Shown one piece after another: positions 47,634-58,909 of a DNA stretch of 64,000 bases (within the stretch, counting starts at the first letter, position 1; each line of letters opens with the position of its first letter). The stretch lies in the NCBI GenBank assembly GCA_963709585.1, contig CAVPXI010000016.1:32001-96000 (forward strand), read 5' to 3'. This DNA comes from Candidatus Dormiibacterota bacterium (lineage in GTDB: Bacteria > Chloroflexota > Dormibacteria > Aeolococcales > Aeolococcaceae). A program made the position numbers and the translations under genes. The notes under the pieces were generated by a model. It did no database searches, was not told the origin of the DNA, and saw only the letters and a list, made by a program, of their open reading frames with translations.

Positions 47634-48269
47634 ATGAGTGTGCAGGTGGGACACGACCGCGACGCCGCTCTTGCGGCCGGTCGCGGCTTTCTCGATGAGC
47701 GTGTCGCGGCGTCGAACCGATCCGGCGAAGAGTACTTCGGCCAGCATGCACACGACATCGCCGCGTGCGCTGCGGCCATGGCGGATCGCTTCTTCGCCGG
47801 AGGGACGCTGCTCGTGTTCGGTTCGGGACCGCACGCGACTGACGCCCAGCACAACTCGGTGGAGTTTGTGCATCCGGTGTTGCCGGGGTGCCGAGCGCTG
47901 CCCGCGCTGTCGCTGACCAATGACATGGCGACCGTCACCGGGATCCTCCAGGGAGACGCTTCGATGGACGTCTACGCGCACCAGTTGCGCGTCCTGGGAC
48001 GGTCCGGGGATATCGCGCTCGCGTTCGCGCACGCGCCGGTGCACCCGTCGATCACCCGCGGGCTGGACGCTGCCGCGGCGGGCGGCATGCTCACCGTCGC
48101 GCTCACATCGGGCGAAGGCGGCACGGGGCGCGAGCAGGTGGACTTTGGGTTCCATGTGCACGGAGCCGACCGAAGCGGAGCTCACGAACTGCACCTGGCG
48201 ACGTACCACATGCTGTGGGAGCTGGTCCACATCGTCCTCAACCATCGCGGAATCGGAGACGTTTCGTGA
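47634..48269 (+). CDS. GmhA-like SIS-domain protein
   Basis: FGSG..ATDAQHNSVEFVHPV, LPALSLTND, ELHLATYHMLWELVH. Confidence 0.85.
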   Translation: MSVQVGHDRDAALAAGRGFLDERVAASNRSGEEYFGQHAHDIAACAAAMADRFFAGGTLLVFGSGPHATDAQHNSVEFVHPVLPGCRALPALSLTNDMATVTGILQGDASMDVYAHQLRVLGRSGDIALAFAHAPVHPSITRGLDAAAAGGMLTVALTSGEGGTGREQVDFGFHVHGADRSGAHELHLATYHMLWELVHIVLNHRGIGDVS

Positions 48270-48493
48270 GCACCGAGTGTCACGACGAGGTGTGCATCAC
48301 GTGCTCCGACCAGCTTCTCGCGATGGTGGTCACCGGCGTCGACATCGAGTCGGGCATCGCGCGTGGCACCATCGACGGATCGGTGGTCGAAGTCGGCATC
48401 GATCTCCTCGAGGGCGTCGCCGTGGGTGAGGTGTTGCTCTGCCACGGGGGCGTGGCCCTGCAGCGGGGTATGGCGGTGGAGGTGGGCGCATGA
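48266..48493 (+). CDS. HypC/HupF-like paralog
   Basis: CHDEVCITCSD...VGEVLLCHGGVAL; overlaps both neighbours. Confidence 0.8.
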   Translation: MSTECHDEVCITCSDQLLAMVVTGVDIESGIARGTIDGSVVEVGIDLLEGVAVGEVLLCHGGVALQRGMAVEVGA

Positions 48494-49167
48494 CCGAACC
48501 CGGCCGCGATCCCTTCTCGCAGCTGCTGTATCCGATGTTGAGCCCGCAGCCTGGAGCGGGTGACGAACTCGTCCAGGAGCTCGCCCGCGCCCCACTCGAG
48601 AAGTCGGCGGAGAGCAACCGCCTGCGCGTGGAGTTGCTCGATGAGTTCGGTGACGAGATCGTGAGTGCCGCACAGCGGATGGCTGAGGCATTTCAGAGAG
48701 GCGGGCGGTTGCTGGCCCTTGGAAACGGTGGCAGCGCCACGTCGGCAGCGGACATGGTGACCGAGATGCTCGTGCCCTCCGACGGTGGCCGTCCGATTCC
48801 CGCGCTCTGCCTCACCAACGACATCGCGGTGGTCACCGGGATCGGCAACGACGTGGGGTTCGGCGACGTTTTCGTTCGCCAGATCATCGCCCTGGGACGT
48901 GCCGATGACGTGGTGCTCGCCGTCTCCACGAGCGGGAACTCCGAGAACCTCGTCCGCGGGCTCGGTGAAGCCCGGCGTCGGGGCTTGTACACGATCGCGA
49001 TCTGTGGGTACGACGGAGGCCGGCTCGCCCGCGAACGGGTCGCCGACCACTGCTTCGTCGTTCGATCCAGCAGTATCCACCGGATTCAGGAGGTCCAGAT
49101 GACGCTCTACCACCTCCTCACCGAGTTGGTGCAACGCGCACTTGAAGGAGAGCCGGCATGTGCCTAG
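48490..49167 (+). CDS. GmhA-like SIS-domain protein
   Basis: GNGGSATSA, TGIGNDVGF, STSGNSEN, HRIQEVQ. Confidence 0.88.
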   Translation: MTEPGRDPFSQLLYPMLSPQPGAGDELVQELARAPLEKSAESNRLRVELLDEFGDEIVSAAQRMAEAFQRGGRLLALGNGGSATSAADMVTEMLVPSDGGRPIPALCLTNDIAVVTGIGNDVGFGDVFVRQIIALGRADDVVLAVSTSGNSENLVRGLGEARRRGLYTIAICGYDGGRLARERVADHCFVVRSSSIHRIQEVQMTLYHLLTELVQRALEGEPACA

Positions 49168-49484
49168 CGATTCCCGCCCGCCTCGTCGAGTACATCGACG
49201 AGGACCGTCTGTACGGCAAGGTCGAGCTCGGCGGTGTTCAGCGCCGCATCAACACCTCGCTGCTCGTGGGCGAGGATGCGACCGAGCCCGGCGAGTACGT
49301 GCTCGTTCACGTGGGTTTTGCGCTGAGCCGTGTCAGTGAAACCGAAGCCGCGGAGACGCTCCGCATCCTCGAGGAGATGGGGCCGGCATACCACGATGAG
49401 GTGCAGCAGATCCGCGAATGGCAGGCGATGGAAGAGGAGCTGGTCGGCGCCAACTACCGCGAGGGCAACGGGAAATCGGCATGA
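49158..49484 (+). CDS. hypC: Hydrogenase maturation chaperone
   Basis: MCLAIP, YVLVHVGFA. Confidence 0.95.
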   Translation: MCLAIPARLVEYIDEDRLYGKVELGGVQRRINTSLLVGEDATEPGEYVLVHVGFALSRVSETEAAETLRILEEMGPAYHDEVQQIREWQAMEEELVGANYREGNGKSA

Positions 49485-50695
49485 AATTCGCAGATGAATT
49501 CCGCGATGCCGATCTCGCCCGGGCGCTGGGGGCGCGCATCGCCGGCGAGGCCGGCGACAAGCACTGGAAGATCATGGAGGTGTGCGGAGGCCACACCCAC
49601 ACGATCTTCAAGTACGGCATCGAGGACCTGCTTCCGAGCAACGTCGAGCTGGTGCACGGACCGGGGTGTCCGGTGTGCGTGATCCCGATGGGGCGTCTCG
49701 ATGACGGCATCGCCGTCGCGCATCAACCCGGGGTCATCTTCACGTGCTTCGGCGACCTGATGCGCGTCCCCGGCAGCGATGGCAGCCTGCTCGACGCGAA
49801 GGCGGCCGGAGCGGACGTGCGCATGGTGTACTCGCCACTCGACGCGTTGAAGATCGCGCAGCAGAACCCCGACCGGCAGGTCGTCTTCTACGCGATCGGT
49901 TTCGAAACCACGGCACCGTCGACCGCACTGACGCTGATGCGAGCCAAGGCGGAAGGGATTCGCAATCTCTTCGTGTTCTGCAACCACGTGACCATCATCC
50001 CGCCGATGAAGGCGATCCTCAACTCTCCGGATCTGCAGCTCGACGGCTTCCTCGGACCAGGACACGTGTCCACCGTTGTCGGGATCAGGCCCTTCGAGTT
50101 CGTGACCAGGACGTACAACAAGCCGGTGGTGGTTGTCGGATTCGAACCGCTCGACATTCTCCAGGGCGTGCACATGATCATCCAGCAGATCCACGAGGGG
50201 CGCTGCGAAGTCGAGAACCAGTACAAGCGCGTTGTCCACGACGACGGCAACCCGAAGGCGCTCGAGGTGCTCGCGCGCGTCTTCAAGCTGCGCTCGCACT
50301 TCGAGTGGCGCGGACTCGGCTTCATCAGCCAGAGCGCGCTCGAGCTGCAGGACGAGTACGCGGACTACGATGCGGAGAAGGTGTTCTCGGTACCGGGCGT
50401 CCGGGTCGCCGATCCCAAAGCGTGCCAGTGCGGTGAGGTACTCAAGGGGGTTCTCAAGCCGTGGGAGTGCAAGGTGTTCGGCACCGCATGCACGCCGGAG
50501 ACGCCGATCGGTACGTGCATGGTGTCCTCCGAGGGCGCATGCGCCGCGTACTACAACTTCGGCAGGTACTCCCGCGCGCGTGAGCGCGAGCGTGTGCTCT
50601 CCTCGGGAGAGCGACCCGATGGCAACGGCCATGCCAACGGCAACGGCATGCTCACGGAACGCGAGCTCCGGCCGATTCCGGTGCAGGCTCGATGA
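49481..50695 (+). CDS. hypD: Hydrogenase maturation protein
   Basis: MEVCGGHTH, GPGCPVC, GFETT, PGHVS, CMVSSEGACAA. Confidence 0.96.
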   Translation: MKFADEFRDADLARALGARIAGEAGDKHWKIMEVCGGHTHTIFKYGIEDLLPSNVELVHGPGCPVCVIPMGRLDDGIAVAHQPGVIFTCFGDLMRVPGSDGSLLDAKAAGADVRMVYSPLDALKIAQQNPDRQVVFYAIGFETTAPSTALTLMRAKAEGIRNLFVFCNHVTIIPPMKAILNSPDLQLDGFLGPGHVSTVVGIRPFEFVTRTYNKPVVVVGFEPLDILQGVHMIIQQIHEGRCEVENQYKRVVHDDGNPKALEVLARVFKLRSHFEWRGLGFISQSALELQDEYADYDAEKVFSVPGVRVADPKACQCGEVLKGVLKPWECKVFGTACTPETPIGTCMVSSEGACAAYYNFGRYSRARERERVLSSGERPDGNGHANGNGMLTERELRPIPVQAR

Positions 50696-51837
50696 CGGAC
50701 ACCATCGTCGAGCCGGGTAGTGGCGCCGCGATCAAAGCCGCATCAGCGCGCATCGCAGATCCCGAGCAGCGCGTGCTTGAGCGGATCGCCGAGATTCGCA
50801 AGCGCAAGCCGTCGCTGCGTGAGGACGCGATCACCATAAGTCACGGCGCGGGAGGGAAGGCCAGCCACACGCTGGTGACCGCGCTCTTCGGCGACATCCT
50901 CAGCAATCCGGTGCTCGACCAGCTCGGTGATCAGGCCGTACTGTCGCTGCCGGGCGTGGACCATATCGGGCTCGCGGTCACCACCGATTCGTTCGTGGTG
51001 AGCCCGCTCTTCTTCCCGGGCGGCGACATCGGCGAGCTCGCGGTCAACGGCACCATCAACGATCTCGCAGTCGGCGGCGGGACCCCGCTCGGCATCTCGG
51101 CCGCGTTCATCCTCGAGGAGGGCCTTGATGTCGCCACTCTGCGGCGCGTGGTGGAGTCCATGCGCCGGGCCGCTGACCGGGCGGGTGTCAACGTCGTCAC
51201 CGGCGACACCAAGGTCGTGCCCCGCGGCAAGGCCGACCAGCTCTTCATCACCACCACGGGGGTGGGGGTGGTGCCTCTCCCACAGCGCGTGGCGATTCAT
51301 CGGGTGGTCCCGGGCGACGTCGTGGTGCTCAGCGGTGCGATGGGCGACCACGGCAGCACCGTGATGCTCGCTCGCGGCGACGTCGACCTTGAAGCCGACA
51401 ACCTGCGCTCCGACACCATGCCCTTGCACGGGCTGACGGCTGCACTCCTCGACGACGGCATCGACGTGCATTTCATGCGCGATGCCACCCGCGGCGGCGT
51501 GGCGACGGTCCTCAACGAGATCGCCCAGGCCGCCGGGGTGGCGGTGGCAATCGACGAGGCATCGCTTCCGATTCACGACGAGGTGCGCGGGGTCGCCGAG
51601 ATCCTCGGCATCGACCCGCTCTACATCGCCAACGAGGGCAAGCTGGTCGCGATCGTGGCCGCCGAGCACGCGTCACGCGCCGTCGATCTCATGCGCTCGC
51701 GCCCGGAGGGCGCCGAGGCGGCCGTGATCGGCGAGGTCCTCGCCGACCCGGAAGGCATGGTCTTCATCCACACCGGTTTTGGCGGCACCCGGGTGGTCGA
51801 CATGCTGATCGGCGACCCGCTGCCGAGGATCTGCTGA
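50692..51837 (+). CDS. hypE: Carbamoyl dehydratase
   Basis: HGAGGK, TTDSFVV, GDTKVV, RDATRGG, terminal PRIC. Confidence 0.96.
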   Translation: MTDTIVEPGSGAAIKAASARIADPEQRVLERIAEIRKRKPSLREDAITISHGAGGKASHTLVTALFGDILSNPVLDQLGDQAVLSLPGVDHIGLAVTTDSFVVSPLFFPGGDIGELAVNGTINDLAVGGGTPLGISAAFILEEGLDVATLRRVVESMRRAADRAGVNVVTGDTKVVPRGKADQLFITTTGVGVVPLPQRVAIHRVVPGDVVVLSGAMGDHGSTVMLARGDVDLEADNLRSDTMPLHGLTAALLDDGIDVHFMRDATRGGVATVLNEIAQAAGVAVAIDEASLPIHDEVRGVAEILGIDPLYIANEGKLVAIVAAEHASRAVDLMRSRPEGAEAAVIGEVLADPEGMVFIHTGFGGTRVVDMLIGDPLPRIC

Positions 51838-51923
51838 ACAAGAGTCCGCAGGCGAACGGACTCGCGACACGAACCGGCGTATGGTCTGGGTGCGGTCTAC
51901 ACCACACGAGCCGTGATCACCTC

Positions 51924-52148
51924 ATGGACCCTCAGCCCCGGATGTGGCCCCTCGACCCGGACGCACACGGCACCGCGCTGCCGGCAGCGGACGTGCGCAT
52001 TCAGACGGTGGCGTGCGGGCGCTGCGGCTGGCCCAATGCCTGCCGCACTCAGAGCGGGATGCGGACGCTGCGCTTCATGTGCCAGTGGTGCGAGCGGATG
52101 ACCACCGGGATTGTGGACCCGTCGATCAAGCGCAACGTGATCTTCTAA
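51924..52148 (+). CDS. 74-aa putative Zn-ribbon protein
   Basis: CGRC...CQWC pairs; fills the gap between hypE and cbbX; stop overlaps the cbbX stop. Confidence 0.55.
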   Translation: MDPQPRMWPLDPDAHGTALPAADVRIQTVACGRCGWPNACRTQSGMRTLRFMCQWCERMTTGIVDPSIKRNVIF

Positions 52149-53185
52149 CCCGCCGGCACGGCTCGCCCGTCGACCGCCTGCGCGTCGGGCGACTCGGTGA
52201 ACCACCGGCTCTTGTAGATGTCCTCGGCCTCGATGCGCATCAGGTCGTCGCGGGTCGCCAACCTTCCGTCCGAGACCAGCCGGTTGGCCTGCCGGAGCCG
52301 CGCTCGTTCCAGGGCATTCCGAACGCTTCGGGCATTGGCGAAACGTGGCTGGGTCATCCGGCGTGAGAGCAACTCCCGGAACGCCGGCTCGGCATCGCTC
52401 GAGAACGTGTACCGCTGGTGATCGAGCATGATTCGCGCGATCGCAACCAGCTCATCGAGGTCGTAGTCGGGGAAGTCGATGTGGTGCGCGATCCGTGACC
52501 CCATCCCGGGATTGCTGCTGAAGAACTGGTCCATGCGATCGCGGTAACCGGCCAGGATGACCACGATGTCATTGCGCTGGTTCTCCATGACCTGCAATAG
52601 GATCTCGATCGCTTCCTGGCCATAATCGCGCTCGTTCTCCTGGCGGTGGAGGTAGTACGCCTCGTCGATGAAGAGCACGCCGCCCATGGCGCGTTTCAGC
52701 ACTTCGCGCGTCTTCGGCGCGGTGTGCCCGATGTACTGCCCGACGAGTTCGTCGCGGGTGACCGCGACCAGGTGTCCCTTGGCGAGGTATCCGAGACGGT
52801 GGAGCACCGTCGCCATCCGCATCGCGACGGTGGTCTTGCCCGTTCCAGGGCTGCCCGTGAAGCACATGTGCAGGTTCGGACGTTCCGCCTCGAGTCCGAA
52901 ACGGCGCCGGGCCGTGTCGACGATCAGGAGCGCCGCGATCTCGCGGATGCGGGTCTTGACCGGATCGAGGCCGACAAGCTCGCGATCGAGGTCGGCGATG
53001 ACGTCGAACACGCCGGACGCGCGAGCATCCGCCTCGACGTTGATACCCGCCGGATCTGCATGCGGCTGTTTCGCATCGTCGGACACGCGCGCACCGTTCC
53101 TGCTTGCAACCTCGGGCACGGACTGCGCGAGGTCAAGGGCGGAGGGACGCGGCATCCCGAAGGGGACGTGGCTGTCCTGAGTCAT
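52145..53185 (-). CDS. cbbX: RuBisCO activase, red type
   Basis: [47 protein letters not shown]. Confidence 0.95.
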   Translation of the reverse strand: MTQDSHVPFGMPRPSALDLAQSVPEVASRNGARVSDDAKQPHADPAGINVEADARASGVFDVIADLDRELVGLDPVKTRIREIAALLIVDTARRRFGLEAERPNLHMCFTGSPGTGKTTVAMRMATVLHRLGYLAKGHLVAVTRDELVGQYIGHTAPKTREVLKRAMGGVLFIDEAYYLHRQENERDYGQEAIEILLQVMENQRNDIVVILAGYRDRMDQFFSSNPGMGSRIAHHIDFPDYDLDELVAIARIMLDHQRYTFSSDAEPAFRELLSRRMTQPRFANARSVRNALERARLRQANRLVSDGRLATRDDLMRIEAEDIYKSRWFTESPDAQAVDGRAVPAG

Positions 53186-53188
53186 CGC

Positions 53189-53611
53189 TCAGCGCTCGTA
53201 GCGCTCTCCGGAGCCGCGATCGGCCGCATACGGGTGAATGGTGTACCGGAGCTGCCGATCAGGACCCTCCTGACGGTCGAGGCGGAAGCCCCGCTCATTC
53301 CCGGGACGCTGCACGATGAAGCTGAGCGCCGTCGTCTGGCGTCCCAGCCGCCGGTCGTAAGCGTTTACACGAACGTAGCGCGCTGGGTACGCGTCACGGC
53401 AGCGTTGCATCTCGAGGAGGATTGCCGCGGGATCGCGCATGTCGAACATGGGCAGGCCCCACATGTCCCAGAGGAAGTTGCGCGGGTGGGGATCGTCGGT
53501 GAACTCCACCGAGAGCGCCCACGCATTGTCGAGTGCGTACTGCACCTGCGCCTTGACCTGTTCGTCGGTGAGGGGCGGAAGGTACGAGAACGTTCCCTGC
53601 GTGACGTGCAT
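53189..53611 (-). CDS. cbbS: RuBisCO small subunit (red-like)
   Basis: [42 protein letters not shown]. Confidence 0.96.
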   Translation of the reverse strand: MHVTQGTFSYLPPLTDEQVKAQVQYALDNAWALSVEFTDDPHPRNFLWDMWGLPMFDMRDPAAILLEMQRCRDAYPARYVRVNAYDRRLGRQTTALSFIVQRPGNERGFRLDRQEGPDRQLRYTIHPYAADRGSGERYER

Positions 53612-53622
53612 GTGATTCCTCC

Positions 53623-56117
<2,495 letters not shown>

Positions 56118-56164
56118 GGCGTTCTCGCGTCGAGGTGGTGGCGGCGACGAACCATGGCACCGAA

Positions 56165-56217
56165 GATAAATCGCGGCTATCCTGCCGTCCAATGCATGAT
56201 TCTTATAGTTTCAATAA
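56165..56217. promoter_or_regulatory. CbbR (LysR) binding boxes
   Basis: GATA-N9-TATC (56165-56181) and TTAT-N7-ATAA (56203-56217) in the AT-rich divergent intergenic region. Confidence 0.65.
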
Positions 56218-56226
56218 GATTGCCTA

Positions 56227-57168
56227 ATGGAAACCAGGCTCGAGCGCAGCATCACCCTTCGCCAGCTCCGGATCTTCACGAGTGTGATCGAGCAACGGAG
56301 CTTCACGCGTGCCGCCGAGGTGCTCTCGCTGACCCAGCCGGCGGTGACCCACCAGATGCAGGCGCTCGCCCGGGCCGTCGGCCAACCACTCCTCGACCCC
56401 GGAATCCGCGCTCCAGTGCTCACAGCCGTCGGGCAGGCGCTCCATGAGCGCGCCGGCCGGATCCTGGCGATGGTCGGTGACGCAGAGGAGGCGATCGAGG
56501 ACGTCGCAGGTCTGCGTGCCGGAAGGGTCCGGGTTGCCGGCGACACGACGGTCGGGATCTACGTGCTTCCGGACGCGATGGCCGCATTCCACCGCGAGCA
56601 CCTCGGAGTGGCGTTGAGCCTCGACGTCGTCAATCGCGCCCAGGTCCGCGAGTTGCTCCTTGAGGGCGTCGCCGATGTCGGTGTCGTCGGGACCCTGTGG
56701 AAGGACGAGGTGCTCGCGGCGGAGCCGTTCCTCGAGAACTCACTGATGTGCTTCTGCGCTCCCGGTCATCCGCTCGCGCAGCGCGAACCGTTGCAGCCGG
56801 TCGATCTGCTCGACGGTCCGCTGCTCCTCCGCGAACCAGGGTCGGGCACGCGCGATTCGGCGGAACGGATCCTGCGTGAGGCTGGTATCGAGCCGATGGC
56901 CGCCATGGAGATGGCCAGTAACGGCGCGTTGAAACGCGCGGTCGCCGGAGGTCTCGGAGTGACGGTGCTTTCGACGTATGCCGTTCGCCTCGAACTCCAG
57001 CTCGGGCTGCTCAGACCCCTACGCGTGCATGGATTCCCGGTGGAACGGATGTGGCACGCAGTCTGGGCCCGCGACCGCCTGCTCAGCCCGGCCGCCGGAG
57101 CGTTCAAGGCGTTCCTGCACAGCCCCGATTGGCGAGCGTCGCTGCTGACCCCGCTGGGCAGCGAATAA
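56227..57168 (+). CDS. cbbR: LysR-type regulator of the cbb operon
   Basis: ITLRQLRIF...SFTRAAEVLSLTQPAV, REPGSGTR, SNGALKRAV; divergent from prk. Confidence 0.9.
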   Translation: METRLERSITLRQLRIFTSVIEQRSFTRAAEVLSLTQPAVTHQMQALARAVGQPLLDPGIRAPVLTAVGQALHERAGRILAMVGDAEEAIEDVAGLRAGRVRVAGDTTVGIYVLPDAMAAFHREHLGVALSLDVVNRAQVRELLLEGVADVGVVGTLWKDEVLAAEPFLENSLMCFCAPGHPLAQREPLQPVDLLDGPLLLREPGSGTRDSAERILREAGIEPMAAMEMASNGALKRAVAGGLGVTVLSTYAVRLELQLGLLRPLRVHGFPVERMWHAVWARDRLLSPAAGAFKAFLHSPDWRASLLTPLGSE

Positions 57169-57173
57169 CGCAA

Positions 57174-57923
57174 TCAGGAAAACGTCGGACCGAGTGCCGC
57201 CAGCGAGGACTGGATGGGGAGCACGAATATCTTCCCGGCAGAGCAGAAGGTTTGACCGTCCGGGAAGCCGTCAACTCGCAGGTTCACGACAACCGGGGTC
57301 GATGACCCTGGTGTGATGACGCGGACGCTGTCCGCAACCTCGCAGGGTTCGATGACGTCGTCCCCGGAGAAGTTGATGTATGCGGCCGGAGCCGCGTCGG
57401 CCGCGCAGCGGTTCGGCTGTGCGCAGGGGATCAGACTGACAGCGACGTCACGCGCGCTCCCGGAGAAGGTTGATGTGGTTTCCACCCAATGGGTCGGCAC
57501 GAGACCGCCGGCCTTGTTGAGGAATTGGAGTGTTGGCCAGCCACGCAGCTTGCACGGCCTGGCGCCACGGTTCCAGACCGCGAGCGATATCGCGGCGTTA
57601 CCGGCTGCCCCGCCGCTGAGAGCCGGCCAGTACGCAATCTGCAATTGAGCACCCGTGCACGTCGGCTCGTTGGCGGTGGGGATCGGCGCAGACGGCTGAG
57701 CCGTCGGTGCTTCGGTGGGCGAAGGGCTTGGGAGGGCGCTCGGCGCGATTGATGGAGCGGGAGGAGACGGGGTGCTGTGCGGTGAGCCCGACGGCGTCTG
57801 GACCGAAGGGGTGCCCGTGCACGACGCGAGCAGGGTGGCCAGCGCAGCCGCGAGAACGACCAGATGGCCGGGCACCCGGCTCGAGGCGGTTCCGGCTGAC
57901 GAGCGCTCGTGCGGTCTCAGCAT
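57174..57923 (-). CDS. Lipoprotein, DUF4232-like
   Basis: Lipobox LASC, P/S/T linker, CTGAQL...GAAG...NRGARPCKLRGWP; start approximate. Confidence 0.7.
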   Translation of the reverse strand: MLRPHERSSAGTASSRVPGHLVVLAAALATLLASCTGTPSVQTPSGSPHSTPSPPAPSIAPSALPSPSPTEAPTAQPSAPIPTANEPTCTGAQLQIAYWPALSGGAAGNAAISLAVWNRGARPCKLRGWPTLQFLNKAGGLVPTHWVETTSTFSGSARDVAVSLIPCAQPNRCAADAAPAAYINFSGDDVIEPCEVADSVRVITPGSSTPVVVNLRVDGFPDGQTFCSAGKIFVLPIQSSLAALGPTFS

Positions 57924-58115
57924 CGTCGATGTCGTAACGCGGAACGAGCGACCACGGTTCCAGCCGAGGCTGGCCGGGCTCTCGACGCGAGCACGCTCGA
58001 GGCGGAGTCGCATCCTGACTGACGATGAGCACCACGTAAGCAAAGTCTGTTGCTGCCGCGGCCGCCGTAGCCAGCAACGCTGCGGTCGTCATCCGCCGCC
58101 GATGCTTTTGGTCCA

Positions 58116-58490
58116 TCACTTCTGATCGGATGCGCCGCTGCCGTGGACCTTGTCGATGACGTCAAAGACGTTGCCCTCAGGATCCAACAGCGTGACGAAG
58201 TCCTCCCCGGGCTCCACTTTCCGGGGATGGCGCACCGCTCCCAACTCGAGCAGACGCGCGACATCGCCAGCCTGGTCAGCGGTGTACAGGTCGAGGTGGA
58301 GCCGGTTCTTTCCGACCGATGGCTCCGGGACTCGTTGGAGGGAAACGTTGACGTGGCCTCCGTCGGGGTCCCGCAACACCGCCCATCCGTCTTCGGGCGG
58401 ATCCCGAGGCACATAGCGAAGCGCGGCCGCCCAGAACGCGTACATGGCGCTGAAGTCGTTGCAATCGATCACCACCGATCCGACGTACAT
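58116..58490 (-). CDS. VOC / glyoxalase-like protein
   Basis: VVIDC...FWAAAL, KNRLHLDL, LLDPEGNVFDV; AGGAGG RBS. Confidence 0.88.
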   Translation of the reverse strand: MYVGSVVIDCNDFSAMYAFWAAALRYVPRDPPEDGWAVLRDPDGGHVNVSLQRVPEPSVGKNRLHLDLYTADQAGDVARLLELGAVRHPRKVEPGEDFVTLLDPEGNVFDVIDKVHGSGASDQK

Positions 58491-58581
58491 ATGAAATCCT
58501 CCTGAAACATTTAGCTCATGAAGTCGACAGGATGCCGGGTCCATGATGCGACCGTGATCCAACCGCGATAGGGGATGAGCA

Positions 58582-58824
58582 ATGCTCGCGATCGACGTCA
58601 GGGACAGCGACATCATGGAGACCACGCCGCAACGCCAGGGTGGGGTGGGGCGCATGCTCGCCGCGCTGCAGGATGCCGGTCTCCGCGTGATCCGGATCGA
58701 GCCCCGAACCAACGAGGTCGGGATGTACCGCGTGACCATGACCGACAGCCCTGAACTTGCGCTGCGGGTCTTGAGGGCGATCGGTCGCCGGGTGACACCA
58801 TCCATGTCGACCGCCGTCGGGTAG
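58582..58824 (+). CDS. Small hypothetical protein, possibly ACT-like
   Basis: GGVGRMLAALQDAGLRV...DSPELALRVLRAIG pattern; fills the intergenic gap. Confidence 0.45.
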   Translation: MLAIDVRDSDIMETTPQRQGGVGRMLAALQDAGLRVIRIEPRTNEVGMYRVTMTDSPELALRVLRAIGRRVTPSMSTAVG

Positions 58825-58909
58825 GGAGCGCCTCAAAGCGCCCACTCGCGCTACGCTGACTGCGTCCGCCCTGTCTGGCTGAGGATCTACGAACGATCAA
58901 CGAACGCGG

